From contig OZ244816.1 of assembly GCA_965220255.1 (NCBI GenBank), positions 369,124 to 433,123 on the forward strand: a DNA stretch of 64,000 bases, in the 5' to 3' direction. The notes under the pieces are model-generated. The model worked only from the letters and a program-made list of their open reading frames with translations. It was not told the DNA's origin and searched no databases. Origin of the DNA: Dehalococcoidia bacterium (GTDB lineage: Bacteria; Chloroflexota; Dehalococcoidia; Lucifugimonadales; VXLM01). Positions 1 to 9,124 of the stretch are shown one piece after another (positions within the stretch are counted from its first letter, which is position 1; each line of letters opens with the position of its first letter). The translations under genes and the position numbers were made by a program.

Positions 1-537
1 CAGCTGACCAAGCTGCTGAACGCAAACCCCGACGCCATTCACATTGCGGCACAAGGGGAATTCAGCGGGGGCACCATCGTCAAGCAGATCCGCGAACTGG
101 GTTATGAAGGACCCATGTACTCCGAGGTCGTTCCTATCGGGTCCGAGGCCCTCGGAATCGCCGGGGACGCCGCCACCGGTTTGAAGGCCATCACCGCTGA
201 CCTCGATCCTGCAAACGACAAGGCGCAAGAGGTCTTGGGAAGCTATAGGGATCGCTACGGACAGGTTACGCTGCCGTGGTACCTCGGCTCGGCATACGAT
301 GATGTCTACATCACCGCCGAGTGTCTCAAGAGGACGGACGATGACCAAGACGCAGACGGATTCCGTGACTGTCTCTACGATATCACCTGGAGCGGGTCTA
401 TCGGGACCGACTACAGCTTTGACGATAAGGGCGAGGTCGTAGGCCTTTCCAACGTCGTCGTGGAGGTTCTCCCGGCGAGCGAAAGGACTGAAGACAATAA
501 CGGATACAAGGTCCTGGGAGGCGCTCCTACCGAATAG
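1..537 (+). CDS. ABC-transporter substrate-binding protein, branched-chain amino-acid (LivJ/K-like) family; C-terminal fragment, 5' end outside window
   Basis: Frame 1 is open from nt 1 (QLTKLLNANPDAIHIAAQGEF...) and joins listed ORF 115..537, stop TAG 535-537. It lies directly upstream of livH/M/G/F-like genes on the same strand. Confidence 0.65.
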   Translation, partial: QLTKLLNANPDAIHIAAQGEFSGGTIVKQIRELGYEGPMYSEVVPIGSEALGIAGDAATGLKAITADLDPANDKAQEVLGSYRDRYGQVTLPWYLGSAYDDVYITAECLKRTDDDQDADGFRDCLYDITWSGSIGTDYSFDDKGEVVGLSNVVVEVLPASERTEDNNGYKVLGGAPTE

Positions 538-643
538 CTCAACCCTTCCTGCCCTTGATCCCGATTGTCACAGCTTCACATCGTGGACGACCGATGAAGT
601 ATCGTCCATCCGAATGCAAGGACTCCCACGCCTTCATATTTGA

Positions 644-2065
644 ATGGCGTGGGAGTCTTCACAGAGGTCCTATACGCAGATGAGTCTCGAGAGACTGAGG
701 TTCGCCTGGTGGAGCCGTCTGCTTCCGAGCGGTAATGGCCACGGCAGAATCCTGGCGACGGTGCTGGCAGTTGCCATAGTTGCGTATCTCGCATGGAAGA
801 TCACCGAATCTCCCGATCAGGCCGTGCAGTTCGCCTTCAATGGTCTGGCCGTGGGAGCCGTGTACGCCCTGCTCGCGATGGGCTTCACCATCGTCTACAG
901 CACCGTATGGTTCTTCGATCTCTACTACGGGGCGGCCGCCGCCATAGGCGCTTACGGCGTCTTCTATCTCAGGTCGCAGGACGGCTTCGGCGGGCAGGAC
1001 TACACGAACCCATACGTGAACGCCATGCTCGCCGCCGTGACCGCCGGGGTAGTAGCTTGGGCGCTCTACGAAGCCTTCTATCACCGGCTCAGGCCACGTT
1101 TCGGTCCCCGGGTGCTGTACGTGGCCGGAGGTCTCGCCGCCTTTAGCGCGGGCGCATACATGGGAATCGTCCTGAACTATACGGACTCCACCAATACTAT
1201 CCTGAGTCCCGCCATAGGCGTCGCCGTAGCGCTGATTGCGGGTTGGGCTGTCCACAGGGGCGTTCGCAGCGTGCTGCCGTCAATGAGCCCCAATCCTCTC
1301 CTGGTTGCAGCGGGGATCATTGGGGTGGCGCTGGGAGGGTACTGCGCATTCTTTATCGCCAACACCCCAGGTGCGAATCTCTATTTGAGTTGGGGAGTGT
1401 CGTGCCTGATGGCGGGTATCGTCGCCGTAGCATTCTACCGAGGACTCTACGTGTACATGCGCGAGCGATCGAGATCGCCCCTCATAATGCTGGTGGCGAC
1501 TTTGGGTATCCTCCTGGCGATCACAGCCGCAACCTCTATCGTCTTCGAGAGCAATCCGCGGCCACTGCCCGCAGCCTTCGGCAGCGCGCCGTGGATGATC
1601 CTTGGGGGAAACATCAAGGGTTTCAACGTCTTCGCCATCGGCGTTTCCATCGTCGGGTTCGCGTTTCTTCTGTATCTCCTCAAATGGACGGCATTTGGAA
1701 AGGCCGTGCGGGCCATCGGCGACGACGAAGAGGTGTCGAAGGTGGTAGGGATAAACACCACGGTCATCATTGCTATCGTATTCTTCATCGGAGCGATATT
1801 CGCGGCGATGGCAGGGCTGCTGAGCGGACACGACACGGCCATACAGCCCAGGATGGGACTCCTGCTCTTGCTGAAGGGATGGATAGCCTCAGTGGTCGGG
1901 GGAATTGGGAATCTCTACGGAGCAATCGTTGGCGGGTTCGCACTCGGCATGATCGAGCAGTTTGGCATCTGGGACCTCGCCGGGGAGTGGAAGGACGTCA
2001 TATCATTCATGGTTCTCATTCTCTTCCTATCGTTCTGGCCCAAGGGCCTCCTTCCGAGGAAGTAG
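644..2065 (+). CDS. livH: Branched-chain amino-acid ABC transporter permease (LivH family) with a long internal insertion; start uncertain (ATG 644 or ATG 680)
   Basis: 473-aa polytopic ORF. N-terminal LivH-like block FNGLAVGAVYALLAMGFTIVYS; C-terminal block GKAVRAIGDDEEVSKVVGINT...KGWIASVVGGIGNLYGAIVGG. Operon context supports the call. Confidence 0.75.
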   Translation: MAWESSQRSYTQMSLERLRFAWWSRLLPSGNGHGRILATVLAVAIVAYLAWKITESPDQAVQFAFNGLAVGAVYALLAMGFTIVYSTVWFFDLYYGAAAAIGAYGVFYLRSQDGFGGQDYTNPYVNAMLAAVTAGVVAWALYEAFYHRLRPRFGPRVLYVAGGLAAFSAGAYMGIVLNYTDSTNTILSPAIGVAVALIAGWAVHRGVRSVLPSMSPNPLLVAAGIIGVALGGYCAFFIANTPGANLYLSWGVSCLMAGIVAVAFYRGLYVYMRERSRSPLIMLVATLGILLAITAATSIVFESNPRPLPAAFGSAPWMILGGNIKGFNVFAIGVSIVGFAFLLYLLKWTAFGKAVRAIGDDEEVSKVVGINTTVIIAIVFFIGAIFAAMAGLLSGHDTAIQPRMGLLLLLKGWIASVVGGIGNLYGAIVGGFALGMIEQFGIWDLAGEWKDVISFMVLILFLSFWPKGLLPRK

Positions 2066-2070
2066 AACCC

Positions 2071-3126
2071 ATGCAGATAAACGTTACCGCATTGGTCGAT
2101 ACGTTTAGGCTCGTAAGATCTCCCCGCGAGTTCATACGTTACGCCAGGGGCAACATCGAGCTTTGGGCAAACCTGTTCATCATCGGCTGGGCGGTCGTGT
2201 TCATAGTATCGCAGGGCACCGGATTCGCCATATCCCTGGGCACGGTATTCGCCATCTGGGCGATTCTGGCCGTAAGTCTGAACTTGGTGATCGGGTTCAC
2301 GGGACTGCTGTCTGTCGGTCACGTGGGCTTCTTCGGAATCGGCGCATACACCGTAGCAATACTGACATCTGACGCGGCATACGAGCAACTGCGCACGGAG
2401 GCCATTCCCACGTTCGGATGGCCCTTCTTCGTCGCCCTGCCCCTAGCGGTGATTATCACGGGGGTAGTCGCCATCGCAGTGGGCATCGTGTTCAACCGGT
2501 TCAGGGACGATATCTACGTACTCGTCTCCTTCGGGTTCGCCATTATTGCCTTCAATCTTTTCTTGAATCTCAGAAGCGTTACGAGGGGAGCTTTCGGCAT
2601 TCACGAAATAGCCCGCCCCGAGATCGGCGGGTGGGTATTCGACGGAGAACTGCAGTTCCTCGCCCTCGTCTTTGCATTCCTGGCTCTTGTCGTCCTTATC
2701 TCATGGTTCATAGTTACTTCCTCCTTCGGACGGGTGCTGACGGCTATACGAGAAGATGAGCAGGCAACGGAAGTGTTCGGGTACCAGGTCACCCACTTCA
2801 AGCTTGCAATTTGGGTAATATCGGCCATGATGGCCGGCCTTGCCGGAGGGCTGTTCGCGAGTTGGACCACCTTTATCGATCCCAACTCCTTCATCCTCTT
2901 GGAGTCGATGCTGCTGGTGTCCATAGTCATCCTGGGCGGACTGGCTACGATCTGGGGTTCCATTCTGGGGGCCATGGTATTCGTTCTGCTGGAAGAAGGT
3001 ATGCGCTTCATAGGGTTCCTGCCGGCTGAGTACGTCGGTCAGGCCCGGCAGGTTGTGCTCGGTATCCTGTTGGTGGTTCTTATGCTGTTCAGGCCACAAG
3101 GCCTTGTGGGGAGGTTCAAGTTGTGA
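2071..3126 (+). CDS. livM: Branched-chain amino-acid ABC transporter permease (LivM family)
   Basis: ATG 2071 lies 5 nt after the livH stop and is in frame with listed ORF 1243..3126. The first 276 codons of that ORF overlap livH out of frame and look non-coding. Motifs GFTGLLSVGHVGFFGIGAY and RVLTAIREDEQATEVFGY. Confidence 0.8.
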   Translation: MQINVTALVDTFRLVRSPREFIRYARGNIELWANLFIIGWAVVFIVSQGTGFAISLGTVFAIWAILAVSLNLVIGFTGLLSVGHVGFFGIGAYTVAILTSDAAYEQLRTEAIPTFGWPFFVALPLAVIITGVVAIAVGIVFNRFRDDIYVLVSFGFAIIAFNLFLNLRSVTRGAFGIHEIARPEIGGWVFDGELQFLALVFAFLALVVLISWFIVTSSFGRVLTAIREDEQATEVFGYQVTHFKLAIWVISAMMAGLAGGLFASWTTFIDPNSFILLESMLLVSIVILGGLATIWGSILGAMVFVLLEEGMRFIGFLPAEYVGQARQVVLGILLVVLMLFRPQGLVGRFKL

Positions 3127-3893
3127 CCTCAGTACACGTAGACAATATCGACCTCGACGCCCTCTTCGCCCTGAGGACCAAGGAGGTCTCGAAGCATTTC
3201 GGCGCGGTCAAGGCCGTCGACGAGCTCAGCATCTCCATCTTTCGGGAATGGATTACCTGCATTGTCGGCCCGAATGGATCGGGAAAGTCGAGCCTCATCA
3301 ATATCCTGAGCGGTATTCTCCCCATTGACCGCGGGTTAGTGATAATCGACGGCGTGGGACTCCGCGTCGTGAAGGTCCACGAGACGCCGGATCACGGCAT
3401 CACGAGGACCTTTCAGGAGGTTAGGCTCTTCGACCAGATCAGCGTGTGGGACAACATCATGGTAGCGCTGACCGACAGGCGTCTCTTGCCCTCGCTGTTC
3501 GAGCGGGCCGGCCCCGCCCACAAGGAGAAGGCGCAGAGCATTCTGCAGAGCGTCGGCATGTGGGAAAAGAGGGACTCGCTGGCGATGGACCTTTCCTATG
3601 GCCAGCGGAAGCTACTGGAGATCGGACGCGCCATGGCTATGGACGTGAGCATATATCTCTTCGACGAACCATTTGCCGGCCTCTTCCCGCAAATGTTGGA
3701 GAGAGTCAAGACCCTGTTGAAGGACATGAGGGAACGGGGGAACACCATCATTTTCGTCTCCCACAACATGGACATCGTCAGAGAGCTGTCGGACCATCTC
3801 TTCGTATTGGACAGCGGCACGCTCCTCGCCGTAGGAGAGGTGGATGAAGTGCTGAGCAGACCGGATGTTATCGACGCCTACTTGGGTGCCTAG
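3123..3893 (+). CDS. livG: Branched-chain amino-acid ABC transporter ATP-binding protein (LivG-like)
   Basis: Walker A GPNGSGKSS, signature LSYGQRKLLEIGRA, Walker B IYLFDEP. The GTG start overlaps the livM stop (GTGA). Confidence 0.85.
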   Translation: MTSVHVDNIDLDALFALRTKEVSKHFGAVKAVDELSISIFREWITCIVGPNGSGKSSLINILSGILPIDRGLVIIDGVGLRVVKVHETPDHGITRTFQEVRLFDQISVWDNIMVALTDRRLLPSLFERAGPAHKEKAQSILQSVGMWEKRDSLAMDLSYGQRKLLEIGRAMAMDVSIYLFDEPFAGLFPQMLERVKTLLKDMRERGNTIIFVSHNMDIVRELSDHLFVLDSGTLLAVGEVDEVLSRPDVIDAYLGA

Positions 3894-3911
3894 TATCGGC
3901 GAGAGATTGGA

Positions 3912-4649
3912 ATGATGCTTCTTGAGCTTCTCAACATATCCGTGCGATACGGGGCCGTATCAGCCCTGACCGACGTGTCACTTGGCGTCCGGAAGGGTGA
4001 GGTCGTTGCCGTGATGGGTCCCAACGGCGCCGGCAAGTCCACGGTTCTGAAGGCCATCATGGGACTCGCGCCCGTGGTCGAGGGCAAGGTCCACTGGCAG
4101 AGCCAACCTCTGTCGGCGGCCACCCACGAGATAGTGAAGGAGGGCATCTCTTTCGTCCCGCAGGGCAGGCGGGTGTTCACCCACCTGTCGATAGAAGAGA
4201 ACCTCGAAATGGGTTGTCTCTACCTAAACGACAAACAGGAGAAGGCCCGCCGCCTGGACTCGGTCCTTGAGCTTTTCCCGATCCTCTACGAAAAGCGCAA
4301 AGACTTCGCCAGCCAGATGTCGGGGGGACAGCAGCAGATGCTGGCGCTCGGAAGAGGGCTCATGTCCGATCCGCAGGTGCTGCTTCTCGACGAGCCCACA
4401 CTTGGCCTCGCTCCCAGGGTCGTGAGTGAGGTGTTCGAGAAGGTCGCCCAGATCAGCGAGAGGTTCAGCACCACTATCATGGTCGTTGAGCACAACATCA
4501 AGGGTGTGTTGGACATCGTGAACCGGGCCTACGTTCTGGACATGGGGCGAGTGGTGTTCGAGGGCACACCGCAATCAGTGCGAGAGACCGATATCCTGAC
4601 CGAGGTCTTCCTGGGCAAGGTCAGCTACGACAACGAAGACGAGGCGTAG
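3912..4649 (+). CDS. livF: Branched-chain amino-acid ABC transporter ATP-binding protein (LivF-like)
   Basis: Walker A GPNGAGKST, signature MSGGQQQMLALGRG, Walker B LLLDEPTLGLAP. Confidence 0.85.
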   Translation: MMLLELLNISVRYGAVSALTDVSLGVRKGEVVAVMGPNGAGKSTVLKAIMGLAPVVEGKVHWQSQPLSAATHEIVKEGISFVPQGRRVFTHLSIEENLEMGCLYLNDKQEKARRLDSVLELFPILYEKRKDFASQMSGGQQQMLALGRGLMSDPQVLLLDEPTLGLAPRVVSEVFEKVAQISERFSTTIMVVEHNIKGVLDIVNRAYVLDMGRVVFEGTPQSVRETDILTEVFLGKVSYDNEDEA

Positions 4650-4810
4650 TGTCGGACCGCGAGCAGACTGCGATTATCGTTCAACAGCAGCCCGACCCTC
4701 TCGACTGACCGAACGCTCCCGATTCTTAGGCCAATAGACGGACGCGTAACCTGAAAGCGTTTGGTCGCCCACCCTGCAGCCTGCCGGCTTTCATGCTGGG
4801 ACGGTCTCCA

Positions 4811-6175
4811 CTACTCCCCCATCCTCAATCTTGATGAGCGATTGCCCGCCCGCAGCAGTACCAGGTATCCGATGATCCCTGAGATTGCGGAGCCGATGAG
4901 AATACCGATCTTCGCCTCGATGGTGAGCGCTTCGTGCGTGAAGGCAAGCTTTGTGATGAATAGGGACATGGTGAATCCGATTCCACCCAGTAGGGCAACG
5001 CCGTAGAACTGAGTCCACGTAACCCCGTACGGCAGAGCCGCAATGCCAAACCGCACGGCAGCAAAAGAGAACAGTGTAACTCCGACCTGCTTCCCAATGA
5101 CCAAGCCAAGAACTATGCCCAAGGTTACAGGGTGGGAAAGAGCGGCCAAGAAGTCGCCTTCGATCTTGACTCCGGCATTAGACAGGGCGAACAGCGGCAT
5201 GATGATGAAGGCCACCCAGGGGTGCAGCGCGGTCTCGAACCGCTGCAACGGAGACTGCAGCTTGTGAGCGGTGTCCTCCACTTCTTTGAGGATTGCCCTT
5301 TGTTCGCTCGACGTCTCGTCCTCGTGTCCATACTCTCCTGAGCGTTCAAACACCAGGAGCAGGTCGCGACTGCGGGCAACAAACCCCGCTGGGTTGACGC
5401 GCACGCGGATGGGAATCGTTGCCGCAACCAGTACACCGGCAACGGTCGCGTGTACCCCGGACTTGAGGAATGCCAGCCATACGATCACTCCGAGCACCGT
5501 GTATACCAAGGGATGCCTGATGCCCAGACGTGCTACGACCACGAGCAAGGCTAGGAATATCGCCCCGATTCCCAGGTTGTCCCACGCGATGTCTCCGGTG
5601 TAGAAGACGGCAATGACAATAACCGCTCCGATGTCGTCTATTATTGCGAAGGCCGCCAAGAAGATCTTCAACGGCAGTGGCGCTCTCGACCGCAATAGGG
5701 AGAGTACGCCGAGACTAAAGGCGATGTCGGTGGCCATCGGCACTCCCCAACCCCTGAACGCCTCGCCGCTCGAGTTGAACGAAACATATATCAGCGCGGG
5801 GACGATCATTCCGCCCAACGCCGCGAAAATGGGCAGTGCCGCCCTGCGCACCGAACTCAGTTCGCCAACTACAATCGCCCGCTTGATCTCGAGGCCGACG
5901 ACGAAGAAGAAGATTGCCATGAGACCGTCGTCGATCCAATGATGCAGGGTCTCGTTAATGACCCAGTCTCCGAACCCGATCGAAAGGTGCATTTCGAAGA
6001 GTTCTTCGTACGTGTGATACCAAGGGGAGTTCGCCCAGACCAGCGCCACGACCGCGGCCACGAACAGCATGATGCCGCTCGACGCCTCCTCGTGCATGAA
6101 CCTCTGCACGGGACGCATGAGCTGAGATATCGGAGTCTGCGAAGATCCGTGAAACGTGTCGGTTAGTCTATCCAT
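4811..6175 (-). CDS. nhaA: Na+/H+ antiporter NhaA (long form)
   Basis: 454-aa polytopic ORF. Motifs FFFVVGLEIKRA and the NhaA-type aspartate pair in AFAIIDDIGAV. Confidence 0.85.
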   Translation of the reverse strand: MDRLTDTFHGSSQTPISQLMRPVQRFMHEEASSGIMLFVAAVVALVWANSPWYHTYEELFEMHLSIGFGDWVINETLHHWIDDGLMAIFFFVVGLEIKRAIVVGELSSVRRAALPIFAALGGMIVPALIYVSFNSSGEAFRGWGVPMATDIAFSLGVLSLLRSRAPLPLKIFLAAFAIIDDIGAVIVIAVFYTGDIAWDNLGIGAIFLALLVVVARLGIRHPLVYTVLGVIVWLAFLKSGVHATVAGVLVAATIPIRVRVNPAGFVARSRDLLLVFERSGEYGHEDETSSEQRAILKEVEDTAHKLQSPLQRFETALHPWVAFIIMPLFALSNAGVKIEGDFLAALSHPVTLGIVLGLVIGKQVGVTLFSFAAVRFGIAALPYGVTWTQFYGVALLGGIGFTMSLFITKLAFTHEALTIEAKIGILIGSAISGIIGYLVLLRAGNRSSRLRMGE

Positions 6176-6281
6176 ACGTTGTGCAAGACCGTAACAGGTA
6201 CGACAAGAATATATCCCAGCTTATAAGTTAGATGCCAAGAAATAAGCAGGCGGTTTATCACTTAATTTTGGCCGGTGGCAT

Positions 6282-6698
6282 TCATCGGGTGAGGAGAAAT
6301 ATCGCCCCACCCGCCAGAATCACTCCAACGACTCTGGTCAGCTTGACTTCTTCGCCAAGGAAGGCGAGCCCTATGAATGTCGCGACGAGAACGTACATGG
6401 CGAAGATTGGAACGACCACCGAGGCGGGGCCACGGCTGAGGGCGATGTAGTATCCGATTATGCTGAGGCTCAATGTAAGTCCGGCAAGGATCGTCAAGAG
6501 CATCGGTCGCGACAGCGAAAGGTGGGCGGCTACCTGCTCGCCTCGATACAGGACCAGACCGACGCCCGCAAGAACGAGGACCGCATTGGTAATGACGATT
6601 GCAACTCCCGGTGGAATGTCTCTGAGGGCCAGCTTGAGTATTACGGCAGTTACGCCGTAACCCGTCATTGCCACAATTGCCCAGCCGACATAGCTCAT
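6282..6698 (-). CDS. Small EamA/DMT-superfamily membrane transporter (single EamA domain); start chosen at internal ATG (the listed ORF extends to 6791)
   Basis: From MSYVGWAIVAMTGYGV... there are 4-5 hydrophobic helices. The 31 residues upstream in the ORF are basic and non-hydrophobic. Family call rests on general pattern only. Confidence 0.45.
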   Translation of the reverse strand: MSYVGWAIVAMTGYGVTAVILKLALRDIPPGVAIVITNAVLVLAGVGLVLYRGEQVAAHLSLSRPMLLTILAGLTLSLSIIGYYIALSRGPASVVVPIFAMYVLVATFIGLAFLGEEVKLTRVVGVILAGGAIFLLTR

Positions 6699-6847
6699 GC
6701 CCTTGTTTCCCTTCACGCGGATACCGCCTACCGCGCATTCACCGAGAGTATACCATCGCGGCAACATCTTACGTTTGATGGCTGGAAGCACGAGGCGAGA
6801 GTGACAAGGATAGACCGGCGACGAGAACGGCGGGGAAGAGCGGGACC

Positions 6848-7150
6848 TTACCGGTCGCCCTCCGAGACCTTGCGTTCAAGGAAGCGGCCGATGTAGTCCC
6901 GCTCGGCGACGGGCCCGCCGAAGAGAGACCGACGTATCTGCTGGTAGAGAAAGTACCCGAAGAGGGTGAGCCCTGTCCCCGCGGGAAGTAGGGCCAACAG
7001 CAGTATGAATGCGATAAGGCTTCCGTCCAATGTCCCGCTGAACAGGACCAGGCGAATGAGCCGAATGCCAGTAATGACTACGATTGGAGCCATCACGATG
7101 ACGACCAACATCCCGGCGACATACAGGGCGATCGTTATCGGCTTTGACAT
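6848..7150 (-). CDS. Hypothetical small membrane protein (about 3 TM helices)
   Basis: 100-aa ORF with hydrophobic segments ITIALYVAGMLVVIVMAPIVVITG and LIAFILLLALLPAGTGLTLFGYFL. No recognisable motif. Confidence 0.35.
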   Translation of the reverse strand: MSKPITIALYVAGMLVVIVMAPIVVITGIRLIRLVLFSGTLDGSLIAFILLLALLPAGTGLTLFGYFLYQQIRRSLFGGPVAERDYIGRFLERKVSEGDR

Positions 7151-7177
7151 GTGAGTACCTATGCTGCGGCAGGGCGA

Positions 7178-8146
7178 CTATTCAAGCACGGCCATCAGGG
7201 CGGCTCTCAGCTCTTCTTTTGTCACGAACGCCTCGAACTTGGCGGCTACCTTGCCCTCGCCATCCATGACAAACGTCCACGGCTCCGTGGGCAGTTCCCA
7301 GTCGATCATGGCCTGTGAGAGGGGCGCGTTCTGCAGATCGCCCTCGATCTCTACCGGCTTGTCATAGACCTCGACGTGGATGAAGTTGACGTCCCTGTAG
7401 TAGTAGTCCTTCAGTTCCTTGATGACGTCGAGTTGAGGACCGCACGTTGCGGTACGGCAGAAAGCGGGCGTGGAGAAGACGACAACCAGGGGCTTCCCCG
7501 CGTCCAGAGCCTCGGCCACTGTGATGGCGTACAGGTCCTCATCAGGCTCGGGATCAGATGTCATTTCGTTGAGATCCGAGAATTCAGCTGCAAGTTTCGT
7601 AAGGCTTGCGGGAGGTCGTTCTCCAACGCTGGGGGTATAGCTTTTGGGCTTCACTTCGAGCCCTGCGGACGTGGTGACATTTGACCCCAAATGATCGACA
7701 TAGTTCGCCACGACGCCCCAAGCACCCGCTCGGTCGAAGTCGAAGTTGGCCGTGTACAGCCCCGTTTGCCCAATGGGCCAGTCGCGCCAAACGGCGCGGG
7801 CCGTCTGAATCGGCCCCTCCTGTCGACCGTCACCGAGATAAAACGTCGAGATGAGGACGTCGGCTTCGCGGATGGGACCGGACTCTACGTCGACGAGTCC
7901 GAATGCAAGGCGGTTTCGGCCCACTCCGAGATCGGTCGATGCAAGGGTGATTCGCACAGAGGAAGTTTCGGTTGTGGTCTCACCGGCGTCCGTGACCGGA
8001 CTCGGGGCGTCGAGGGCAACTCCAGCCGACTCGTCGATCTCACATGCCGCCACAGAAATGAGGAGAACAATTGTCAATGCCAGTAAAGGCGCTAGACCAA
8101 GGATGGCCTTCCTACGTACCTCGTGCGCGACGTATTGCGTGCGCAT
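7178..8146 (-). CDS. Putative lipoprotein with a C-terminal thioredoxin-fold-like domain (C-x4-C)
   Basis: N-terminal signal with lipobox-like VAAC. C-terminal block KPLVVVFSTPAFCRTATCGPQLDVIKELK resembles redoxin/TlpA/SCO-type folds. Confidence 0.45.
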   Translation of the reverse strand: MRTQYVAHEVRRKAILGLAPLLALTIVLLISVAACEIDESAGVALDAPSPVTDAGETTTETSSVRITLASTDLGVGRNRLAFGLVDVESGPIREADVLISTFYLGDGRQEGPIQTARAVWRDWPIGQTGLYTANFDFDRAGAWGVVANYVDHLGSNVTTSAGLEVKPKSYTPSVGERPPASLTKLAAEFSDLNEMTSDPEPDEDLYAITVAEALDAGKPLVVVFSTPAFCRTATCGPQLDVIKELKDYYYRDVNFIHVEVYDKPVEIEGDLQNAPLSQAMIDWELPTEPWTFVMDGEGKVAAKFEAFVTKEELRAALMAVLE

Positions 8147-8161
8147 GTCTTACCTGTCGCC

Positions 8162-8569
8162 CTATCCCTCTCGCTCATCACGCGCCGCATGGATGAACTC
8201 AACGATCTCCGTGGTCGAGGTGCCCGGTCCGAACACACCCTGCACTCCCATCTCCAAGAGCGCGGCCCTGTCCTCTTCGGGAATGATCCCGCCGGCAACG
8301 ACCACCACGTCCTCCATCTCGTTGATCTTCATCCGCTCGAATATCAGGGGAAAGAGGTCCATGTGCGCGCCTGACAGAATGCTCAGGGCGACAACGTCCA
8401 CGTCCTCCTCCAAGGCCGTGTCGGCGATCATTTCCGGGGTCTGACGGATGCCGGTGTATCTAACATCCATGCCCGCGTCCCTTAGCGCCCGAGCGATGAT
8501 CTTCGCCCCACGGTCGTGACCGTCCAGCCCCGGCTTGGCCACCAGTACCTTGATTGCCCTGCTCACCAT
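8162..8569 (-). CDS. Methylmalonyl-CoA mutase, small cobalamin-binding subunit (B12-binding domain protein)
   Basis: 135 aa. [33 protein letters not shown]...[11 protein letters not shown] contains the DxHxxG-type B12-binding signature. Confidence 0.8.
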   Translation of the reverse strand: MVSRAIKVLVAKPGLDGHDRGAKIIARALRDAGMDVRYTGIRQTPEMIADTALEEDVDVVALSILSGAHMDLFPLIFERMKINEMEDVVVVAGGIIPEEDRAALLEMGVQGVFGPGTSTTEIVEFIHAARDEREG

Positions 8570-8578
8570 GGTCGACCG

Positions 8579-9001
8579 CTACCTCCTGGCATCGTCCTGA
8601 TCGACCAACTCGATCAAGACGCCTCTCGTAGACTTCGGGTGCAGGAATCCTATCGTGCCTGACAGGCCTTCACGCGGCTCATGGTCGATGACGGCAACGC
8701 CCTGCTCGTCGAGACGTTGCAGGGTGCCAGCGAGGTCCTCGACCTCGAAGCAGATGTGATGGACACCCTCGCCGCGACGATCGATGAACTTCGCCACGCC
8801 GCCGTTGGGGTCGGTGGGCTCGATGAACTCCAACTGAGAACCACCCACTCGAATCAACGTCGCCCGAACGGCCTGGTCCTCGATGTCGACGACTTCGCTA
8901 TCAGTCGCTCCAAATACGTCGCGGTAGAACTGAGTCGTCTCATCGATGTCCTTCACCGCGATGCAGACATGATTAATATGCCTCGCCGTGCAAATGCTCA
9001 T
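8579..9001 (-). CDS. mce: Methylmalonyl-CoA epimerase (VOC/glyoxalase-fold)
   Basis: 140 aa. INHVCIAVKDIDETTQFY...GEGVHHICFEVEDL...GFLHPKSTRGVLIEL. Adjacent to the mutase B12 subunit. Confidence 0.75.
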   Translation of the reverse strand: MSICTARHINHVCIAVKDIDETTQFYRDVFGATDSEVVDIEDQAVRATLIRVGGSQLEFIEPTDPNGGVAKFIDRRGEGVHHICFEVEDLAGTLQRLDEQGVAVIDHEPREGLSGTIGFLHPKSTRGVLIELVDQDDARR

Positions 9002-9124
9002 TCCCTACTCCGAAGTGTGCTCTAGGGAGGCCGCAACCGGTTACGACCCCGCGAGTCAAGTATACCCGATTAGTCCGGTCGACCCTTAGATTTACGATAG
9101 TTCAGTGATTTGCGATTCAGCCTA

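Noticed and set aside
1243-2070. 276-codon N-terminal extension of the livM frame (listed ORF 1243-3126)
   Set aside because: It overlaps livH out of frame and its translation is R/G/H-rich. A good ATG (2071) lies 5 nt after the livH stop.
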